A stretch of DNA of 64,000 nucleotides from NCBI GenBank assembly GCA_964187785.1, contig OZ076409.1, forward strand, positions 93,808,001 through 93,872,000. The letters run 5' to 3'. Position numbers and translations under genes: made by a program. The stretch's first letter is position 1, and each line of letters starts with the position of its first letter. The notes below the pieces were generated by a model that saw nothing but the letters and a program-made list of their open reading frames with translations, had not been told where the DNA came from and searched no databases. The stretch is from Amphiscolops sp. MND2022 (taxonomy: Eukaryota). Below are positions 56,585 through 64,000 of this stretch, one piece after another.

Positions 56585-56725
56585 CTGCAGAACGTCGTTT
56601 TTATTTCGGTTTGGCAGTCTGTTCATTCTGTTTTCTAAGTTCCTCGTGTTCAGAGAGGAGCCACAAGAAATGGTTTTTGATTTGACCAAGGGGGCATTCG
56701 CTGTTGAGTGGATGCAATCGGAGTC
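56585..56725 (-). CDS. Host gene internal exon (141 bp, phase 0-0: DSDCIHSTANAPLVKSKTISCGSSLNTRNLENRMNRLPNRNKNDVLQ)
   Basis: GCACAG| acceptor, CAG|GTATGT donor, open frame joining in phase to 55432. Confidence 0.65.
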
Positions 56726-57335
56726 CTGTGCGGTTGAAATCAGGCATTGAAAACAACCGGATCAATATTGAAGTTACTATATTGTGCATATTGGTTTTAA
56801 AAGTTTTGATCATTTTCGACGCCTCAATAGTATTGCAAAATGCTCATTCTCGTTTTGACAAAAACCAATTCTGTGTACTTAAACATTCTTAAAAACTTTT
56901 TATTTTAATTATGATAAATAAAAGAAAATAATTTACTTTTACACTCAAATGAATAAAAATAATAATTTTTGGACCTGTTAAAATGAAAATAATTATTCTT
57001 CAGATAACTAAAATCAAGAGAGGTTCATTTTCACACATGCGGAACGACTTTTTAGCAAAGTAAAACGTGTCATGGGTGATCACCGCCAAAAACTCAGCCC
57101 AGTGAACTTTGAGTCGCAAATTTTTTAAATGATAACAAACAAAAGATATTGGTTTGTTTGTGATTGTGATGCCATGATGCATGTCCTCAAAGATTTTATA
57201 AATCTGAAATACTCTGAACTCTTAACAAAAGAAATTAGTAAATCTAATTGAATCTAGAAACCAATTATTCTAGAAGAAACTTCTTTTAATATATCCTGTA
57301 CCAAGCTTCCCCAATTCATCCTGTTGCTGTCACAT

Positions 57336-57582
57336 TGTAATTGATGAAACCTACCCTAGTTAATAGAATATATCTACTTGGAGAAATTGAGAATTCTTCC
57401 TGACGATCAGTCTTCTTCCAACACTCCAGTAACTGAGATCTCAGAAATAGATTGTACTCTGAACTAGCTAGCTACCAAGTATCAGATAAAAGATAAGACG
57501 ACTCTGCTGTTAAAATCTTAGACTTCTTATGTCAGTTCTAACTCGTATAAAAGAAACAACTACTAAAACTTTTAACAGCTCA
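57336..57582 (+). repeat. Putative E5 5' LTR (ends at CA 57577 or 57582), followed by PBS-like TGGTGCGACCACGA
   Basis: TG...CA segment directly upstream of a TGG-starting site; no partner LTR available to confirm. Confidence 0.5.
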
Positions 57583-58301
57583 ATTGGTGCGACCACGAAA
57601 ATTCTTCTTTCTCTCCCATTTATTTCACATATCTACAATTGTTGTACACCTTTTCTCAACTTTCTCATCCGATATCTCTTTGTTCGACACACAGTCTCTC
57701 CACCTCTCAATATTGCATACCGTTATTAACTTCAACGTTGCAACCAATTTCTACTTGAAATTGATCCGTGTTGCTATGGTTCTGACTGCGTTCATCAACG
57801 TAATTCCTGTCAGTCATACTTCTTGGTTCTGACTACGTTTCTTCACGTAATTCCTGTCAGTTAAATTTTTCGTTCCAACCACCTCTGAGTGAATTCGTGT
57901 TGGCTTTCTTCTTCTCTCTTTCTTCCGTTCCAACCGCAGACGTGCGATACGTGTTGGCCCTTCTACAGTGCTATCCAGCGATTCCTGCTAGTAAAAATCT
58001 CTTTGGTTCTAGCCGCTTGGATCAACTTTAAAGTTGGCACACCTATATAACACATATTTTTACATAACATAATTATAATACTTTTCTTATTCTCTCCTCT
58101 ATACTACCAACCCCATACAAAACTCCTTTAAAACTCTCTTACGGATCCAAATATATAACAATTAAAATATATAATACATAATAATCTAAATATATAACAT
58201 ATATCACATCTTTCTTTATATAACTTTCATTTTTCATACACCTATATACAACAAATTTTTGTTCAACTTCTTTGACACACTCTTATAGAACTTTATTGTA
58301 C

Positions 58302-58424
58302 ATGCCGCCTTCAGTAGACATTGTAGTCAAACTCATTGTCTGCTTTTGGTTTTTTGTTGCTATCATTGCCGGTCTTGCACTTTTTCTAGACAAATTTTTA
58401 ATTTCATTCATACCAAAATTTTAA
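58302..58424 (+). CDS. E5 small ORF A, 40 aa, single predicted TM helix (MPPSVDIVVKLIVCFWFFVAIIAGLALFLDKFLISFIPKF)
   Basis: Hand translation; shorter than any ORF in the track. A 19-residue uncharged hydrophobic run lies between K and D. There are 12 G in 58321-58380 versus 0-2 G per 60 nt in 58081-58260. Confidence 0.55.
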   Translation: MPPSVDIVVKLIVCFWFFVAIIAGLALFLDKFLISFIPKF

Positions 58425-58443
58425 AGTACAATCTTTTTCTTCT

Positions 58444-58683
58444 ATGTTAACAAGTATAGTACTACCTCTTTTTGGACTACTTAGTATATACCACACTTTC
58501 AAAATAATTATCCAATATATACAAAACCCACCTCTTCTTTTCATAAGTATTGTACTTACTATTTTTCTACAAGTTATTTTTATAGATCAAATTTTACCAT
58601 ATAATTCACAATTCAATACAAAATATCTTCTTTTCCGATACATCTATCCTTTATGGCAATCCTATTGTACTAATCAAACCTAA
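58444..58683 (+). CDS. E5 small ORF B, 79 aa, two hydrophobic segments; in frame with Gag-Pol
   Basis: MLTSIVLPLFGLLSIY...PPLLFISIVLTIFLQVIFI; ends TAA TAT CAT ATA ATG, where the ATG is the Gag start. Confidence 0.55.
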   Translation: MLTSIVLPLFGLLSIYHTFKIIIQYIQNPPLLFISIVLTIFLQVIFIDQILPYNSQFNTKYLLFRYIYPLWQSYCTNQT

Positions 58684-58692
58684 TATCATATA

Positions 58693-61600
58693 ATGCTCCC
58701 CACTCCATTTACAGTCTCTACTGATAAAAGACAAAATCGATCTCTTATACAATATGTAACACCTTTTCTACAAAATATTATCTTTCAGTACACTAACCCA
58801 CTTCCATTTGAAACAGAACCCCATATATTACACACTATTCCATTAATACGAGAACATTGTGATTCCTACTTATATTATATCCAATATAAAACACTTGACA
58901 TAACACCATCACAAACCCCTTTCCAAGTTATTTTTAATCCTGTTAAAGGAATAAACTCTGGAACATTTTATAGAACTATACATCCACAGAATATTACACT
59001 TTCTATACAAGATGTTTTTCGCACATACATGCAAAAACTCATTGAATTCAATGAACACCAAGACATACCACCTTATCGTCCTTCTCATTTACAAGAACTC
59101 AAACACTTATCTGAATATTTCGAGGTCCCTGCTCTTGACACAAAAGTTCAAAGACATGGTAACCCTCATTATTGGCTACAACGAGATATATTACAAATAA
59201 AGAATTTCGAGTTTAAATTCTTTACAAAAATTAACCTTACAGATGACACTATACCTCAAGTCAGAATTTTTACACATTTCTTATTAAAATTCTTTAGATT
59301 TAATTACCAATTACTTTGGGAACAAAAAGACCAAAACGCTTATACTAACTTCCCAAAAGCATTAACAGATATAGAACTCTTACCATACATCATAGACAAT
59401 AAAAACAAACACTCACATTACATTGATCTTACTTCATTAAATGTTACACATTTTGAACAAATAAACCTAGATCACAACTTTGTACTTGAACATTCTGAAA
59501 CGTCAGATAGTAGACCTTATATTACATCTGATACCTTATATCACACAACTCTTCCAACACAAACATTTAATGTTGAACCTCCATATATCAGACAACAATC
59601 AGAACAATCAGAACAAGAATCTATAACACAAGAAACACTTGTTCATCTTTTTCAAAATCCTGATTCTCCTCAAGAACAATCATCACAGCCACCACAATCA
59701 CAAATCTCTGATACGCGACACCCAAATCCGTCTGAAACACATACACTTCCCAATACATCAGAATTTTCTGACGAAACAGTACAAAATCCACAAAGTTTTA
59801 CAATAACTGAAGACTCCAATCTTATAACAATTCCTACCCATAATATCACCCAAAGGACTACAAATCAGAAACAAGACAACCCTTCAAATATCATTACAGA
59901 CAATACTTCTGTTTTATCTCCATATACTACTAATATTACACAACCCTCTCAGACACAAATACTATCTCCTCCAAATTATGATCCACCTCCTATTCCATCC
60001 CAATTCTCAGCTCAAATAAATACTCATGTCTCTCCTCAACCAGGCTCATCAAATACACACTCTATTACACAAAACAATAATACAGTACATTTCCAAACAC
60101 CAACTCCACCTTCATCTTCTGAAATACAAACTTCAACTTATACTCCAGCTCAAACTAACCCAGTACAAACTACACACCCTACCTTAAATATTAACACAAT
60201 TCATTCTAACCCGCTCTCTAACTATACTACAGCCAGACATCTGTCTCGACCTCCATTACAACCTATATTAACTGACCCATTATCATACAATCTCACCAGT
60301 ACCAATCCAAGTCATACCCAACAATCTCAAATAAATTATAACACACACAACCAATTAAACACTCTTTCTTCCCAGCATACATCTAATACAATCCCTCCTA
60401 CATTACAAACCTCTCACTTTCAAATATCAAATCCTCCTTCAACAACAATTAGAACTAACCCTCACTTTCATAATACTTCAACTATCCCTTCAACTAATAT
60501 TTCAAATCATCCTACATACAATACAACACCTCCATCTACTATGTCTCATAACACTATGTCACATCCAACATATATTAACTCTTCTACTTCTATATCAGAA
60601 CCCATTAAACCTTTTGATGGACTCGATCACAACTATACACCTGAAGAATATTTACAACATATTGAGGCACGTGTTACATTCTCCTTAGGTTTACAACCTA
60701 CATCAGAACATGAATATAAATTTTGGCACGCTCGCCGCATGGCTTTCATACAATGCTCTTTAACAGGTACAGCACTAAGCTGGTACATCCGTTTAAACGA
60801 CACTTATAAACATGATTGGCACGCTTTTGTACAAGCTTTCAAAAAACAATTTTCCTCACAAAAGAACGCTTATTATGCTCAAGTTGAAGCCCTTAACTTA
60901 ACAAAGAAAGATAATGAAACAGTACGTCATTTTGCACTCAAAGTTCAACAATTGGTTGAAAAAGGCTGGTGTAATGAGAATGCATCTACTATCAACCTTA
61001 AATGCAATGAAATCTTTACAAAAGGACTTCCAAAAACCCTTAAAGACTTTGCAAACAAAAGACAAGTAAAACACACCTCCACTGTCTTAGAACCTTCAAT
61101 TCCTTTCCATACTTTGGTAAAACTTGTTGACGCTGAAGATATTGCAAACGACAAAATTAGAACACATGATCTTGCACTTGAAATCAACAATATTACAAAA
61201 CAATTGAACACTCAAACCCTAGATCACCCATCTCAAGAACAACTTATGTATACACAACCCAAAGACCCAAATAACAAAAATAAACCTGCATATAAAAAAT
61301 ATTGCTCATACTGTCATAGAACAAATCACTCCATTTCTGCTTGTTTCAAAAAACAACGAGATGATCAAGATAAACGAGAAGCATATGCTCGATCAAAATC
61401 TCCACAAAAATCATTCGTTCAGTACTTTCGTTCCCCTTCAAATGACAAAACAAAACACTATGATAATCGATATCGAAGTCGAAGTACTTCACGAGACAAC
61501 TCTTATAACCAAAAATATTCACAAGATCGATACCGTTCTACATCTCGAGATAGAGACCGATTTCGTTATGATAAAAGTACTACTCCTCCACATTACTCCA

Positions 61601-64000
61601 GATCCAGATATGACACATATAAACGTGATTCTCGATCTTACCGTTCTCCTTACAGATCTTCTTATAGATCTCCATATAGACAAAATTCTCGTCCTAGCTA
61701 CAGATCACGCTCCTATTCAAAAGATGACAAATTTAACAAATACACAAATTCATATAGACCACCTTCTAGACCAAGAAACTCTCGATTTTCCAGATCCCGA
61801 TCACATTCAAATTCCAGAAATAAAATCAATATAATACAACAACCAGAGCAAACTGATCCTATCAAATTTGAAGTACACATGTATCACCCAACAGCAATGG
61901 CAAATGCTGTCACACCTACAAGTTGGTTTTATACTCTATATGTACACACCCCATCAAGTATAGTACAAAGAGACAACCCATCTAGATTAGAAATTGCATT
62001 CCTTCTAGATAGCGGTGCTTCCATTTCTGTACTCAATTATCCAACATACATAACTCTTACAAAACTTCTTGATATCAGACCAAATCACACCTCTGATGTT
62101 GGACCAACTAGAAATTCCAAAACACTAACTGTTGCAAACCAAACTGAAGTTCCTATTTTACATTATGCAAATATCATTCTCAACACTACTATTGCCGAAA
62201 ACTCTCGATACTTTTCAGTACCCTTCGCAGTAGCTGATATTAAATACAATATCCTTGGTACACCATTCTTCGAAGACAATATACAAAACATAAACATACA
62301 AGACTTTACACTCGAATTTAAATACCAATCAAAAACACACCCAAATTATGCAAAATTTACAACACTTCTATCTAAAGATTATCCATATTTCTCTTACATT
62401 TATAGAATTAACTCAAAAACTCAAATACGTCTAAAACCCAAATCTTCCAAAATTGCACACTTTCCGATTAAAAATTATCATAATCTTCATTTTACAACTA
62501 CACCACAAAACCACTTCTTTCCTTCAGTACCTCATACCTATTTTGCTACCAAATTCCGTACAAATTTCAATTTCATTGAAGTTTTTACAGACGACAAGCC
62601 AGACATATGTGCAACTATTATTCAAAACACTTCAAAACATATTGCAACGCTACCTACAGGACATATTGGATACATCGAAGTCCCAATTACTAATGAAAAA
62701 CCTAAATTCTTCCAAGTTAACGACATTAATACTTTAATACATAATGTTACTCATACTTATCATCCTGATATTACCGAACCACTTCCACAGACCAATTATA
62801 TTGTACAATATGATGATCCTACAACCCCTCCTCCACATTTCTCTCTACATCAAATTTATATGACAAATGACAACATTCCAAACCAAACTTCTCCTCTATA
62901 TAACGTTCAGCCTACTTCTCATACCTCAGAAAAACGCATTTTCCCTTCTCTTCCATATACTTCTGAAAATCTGAAATTTATTAACAAATTTAACTTCCAA
63001 TTTTCTGACCTTACAGATTCAGAATACATTACTCTTTGCAATATGCTACTCAAATATAAAACATGTTATGCAACCCATAAAAACGATGTTGGAAAAATTT
63101 CAACACCCTTTCGTATCCGACTTAAACCAAATGCTCAACTTATGACACAACGTCCTTCCAAAGTCCCTATTCATTATCGAGACAAATTAAATGCACTTCT
63201 CAAAGAACTCGAAAAATATAACATTATTAAACAAATTGGTTCTTCTCCTCAAGACAAACCCGTTTATGGCACAACTTATTTAAATCCTCTTATTATAATC
63301 CCCAAGGGAGATACAATAAAATGTGTATTAGACGCTCGACATCTTAATTCCAATACAGAACAATCTGATGAATCTTGGCCTATTGAACCTCTTGCTCCAC
63401 AACTAGCACGCGCAAACAAAAAGTACAAATCTGCTATTGACCTTATGTATGCCTATGCACATACACCTCTTGACGAAGATACTATAAAACTTACTAGCTT
63501 CTCCTCTGGAGACAAACTTTTCGCTTTCATACGAGGCTTTTATGGTCTCAAAGGACTACCAAATTTCTTTACAAAACAAATGTCTACATTCTTTAAAACT
63601 CTTATAGAACAAGGTTTCGCGCTTGTCTACATTGACGATATATTACTTTTATCCGACTCTAAAGAACACATGTTTCAACTCATAGAACAATTACACATTA
63701 TCAGTACAAAAAATAATCTTAAACTAGCCCCTGAAAAATCCTTTTTCATGCTCCTTAAAGTCAAATTCCTTGGACATGAAATTGGTTACAATACAATTAA
63801 ACCAATTCATTCAAAAATTGCAGCTATTCATAAGATCCCTTCTCCAACTGGCAAAGTTGCCCTAATGAGTTTCATTGGCGCACTCAATTTTTACACCAAA
63901 TTTATTGAAAAACTACATATTAACCTCAAACCGTTTTACGATCTTTTACATGAAAACACTCCTTGGAAATGGACAGACGAACACGAAAGTCTATTCCAAA
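58693..64000 (+). CDS. gag-pol: E5 Gag-Pol polyprotein, at least 1769 aa, open to the window end (absent from the ORF track)
   Basis: Hand-translated in frame +1 with no stop. Capsid from ~60601 (IKPFDG...EEYLQHIE, LTGTALSWY, WHAFVQAFKKQF); CSYCHRTNHSISAC at 61303-61344; protease LLDSGAS at 62008 and NILGTPF; RT VLDARHLN, IDLMYAY, FYGL, YIDD at 63628, VKFLGH, SFIGALNFY. Confidence 0.97.
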   Translation, partial: MLPTPFTVSTDKRQNRSLIQYVTPFLQNIIFQYTNPLPFETEPHILHTIPLIREHCDSYLYYIQYKTLDITPSQTPFQVIFNPVKGINSGTFYRTIHPQNITLSIQDVFRTYMQKLIEFNEHQDIPPYRPSHLQELKHLSEYFEVPALDTKVQRHGNPHYWLQRDILQIKNFEFKFFTKINLTDDTIPQVRIFTHFLLKFFRFNYQLLWEQKDQNAYTNFPKALTDIELLPYIIDNKNKHSHYIDLTSLNVTHFEQINLDHNFVLEHSETSDSRPYITSDTLYHTTLPTQTFNVEPPYIRQQSEQSEQESITQETLVHLFQNPDSPQEQSSQPPQSQISDTRHPNPSETHTLPNTSEFSDETVQNPQSFTITEDSNLITIPTHNITQRTTNQKQDNPSNIITDNTSVLSPYTTNITQPSQTQILSPPNYDPPPIPSQFSAQINTHVSPQPGSSNTHSITQNNNTVHFQTPTPPSSSEIQTSTYTPAQTNPVQTTHPTLNINTIHSNPLSNYTTARHLSRPPLQPILTDPLSYNLTSTNPSHTQQSQINYNTHNQLNTLSSQHTSNTIPPTLQTSHFQISNPPSTTIRTNPHFHNTSTIPSTNISNHPTYNTTPPSTMSHNTMSHPTYINSSTSISEPIKPFDGLDHNYTPEEYLQHIEARVTFSLGLQPTSEHEYKFWHARRMAFIQCSLTGTALSWYIRLNDTYKHDWHAFVQAFKKQFSSQKNAYYAQVEALNLTKKDNETVRHFALKVQQLVEKGWCNENASTINLKCNEIFTKGLPKTLKDFANKRQVKHTSTVLEPSIPFHTLVKLVDAEDIANDKIRTHDLALEINNITKQLNTQTLDHPSQEQLMYTQPKDPNNKNKPAYKKYCSYCHRTNHSISACFKKQRDDQDKREAYARSKSPQKSFVQYFRSPSNDKTKHYDNRYRSRSTSRDNSYNQKYSQDRYRSTSRDRDRFRYDKSTTPPHYSRSRYDTYKRDSRSYRSPYRSSYRSPYRQNSRPSYRSRSYSKDDKFNKYTNSYRPPSRPRNSRFSRSRSHSNSRNKINIIQQPEQTDPIKFEVHMYHPTAMANAVTPTSWFYTLYVHTPSSIVQRDNPSRLEIAFLLDSGASISVLNYPTYITLTKLLDIRPNHTSDVGPTRNSKTLTVANQTEVPILHYANIILNTTIAENSRYFSVPFAVADIKYNILGTPFFEDNIQNINIQDFTLEFKYQSKTHPNYAKFTTLLSKDYPYFSYIYRINSKTQIRLKPKSSKIAHFPIKNYHNLHFTTTPQNHFFPSVPHTYFATKFRTNFNFIEVFTDDKPDICATIIQNTSKHIATLPTGHIGYIEVPITNEKPKFFQVNDINTLIHNVTHTYHPDITEPLPQTNYIVQYDDPTTPPPHFSLHQIYMTNDNIPNQTSPLYNVQPTSHTSEKRIFPSLPYTSENLKFINKFNFQFSDLTDSEYITLCNMLLKYKTCYATHKNDVGKISTPFRIRLKPNAQLMTQRPSKVPIHYRDKLNALLKELEKYNIIKQIGSSPQDKPVYGTTYLNPLIIIPKGDTIKCVLDARHLNSNTEQSDESWPIEPLAPQLARANKKYKSAIDLMYAYAHTPLDEDTIKLTSFSSGDKLFAFIRGFYGLKGLPNFFTKQMSTFFKTLIEQGFALVYIDDILLLSDSKEHMFQLIEQLHIISTKNNLKLAPEKSFFMLLKVKFLGHEIGYNTIKPIHSKIAAIHKIPSPTGKVALMSFIGALNFYTKFIEKLHINLKPFYDLLHENTPWKWTDEHESLFQ

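Larger units (their letters stand above)
57336..64000 (+). mobile_element. E5: Gypsy-like LTR retroelement with long leader and very large Gag-Pol, truncated by the window end
   Basis: Putative LTR starting TGTAATTG, TGG-initiated PBS-like site at 57585, shift to a G-poor strand, intact Gag-PR-RT ORF. The left boundary is inferred because the 3' LTR is outside the window. Confidence 0.9.

Noticed and set aside
61361..61834. 157-aa overlapping ORF (also 59012-59200 and 62453-62737) in E5
   Set aside because: Alternative-frame by-products of the biased, repetitive Gag-Pol sequence; no independent signal.

Overview
AT-rich eukaryotic (invertebrate animal-like) genomic DNA dominated by transposable elements. 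I found no prokaryotic features, rRNA, intact tRNA or CRISPR array. There are five LTR retroelements. E1 (1-5417, +) is a decayed Ty3/Gypsy copy. E2 (10064-15978, +) is full length, with 247-bp LTRs and TSD TATGG. E3 (20359-26308, -) is full length and related to E1, with identical 181-bp LTRs, TG...TA ends and TSD GAGAT. E2 and E3 share an atypical WLDD RT motif and an extra domain between RNase H and integrase. E4 (31070-36532) is a non-coding LARD-like element with ~750-bp LTRs. E5 (~57336 to the window end) is a very different G-poor Gypsy-like element. Its uninterrupted >1769-codon Gag-Pol ORF (58693->64000) is missing from the ORF track, and two small transmembrane ORFs precede it, the second in frame with Gag. 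This sORF/Gag architecture is the most interesting signal in the window. The remainder holds a near-perfect 1985-bp tandem duplication, CCC...GGG TIR elements with 2-bp TSDs (CMC/EnSpm-like), Helentron-associated (HINE-like) repeats, MITEs and tRNA-derived fragments. At least three phase-compatible exons of a minus-strand host gene lie at 52779-56725. All calls were made by eye; no database search was run.
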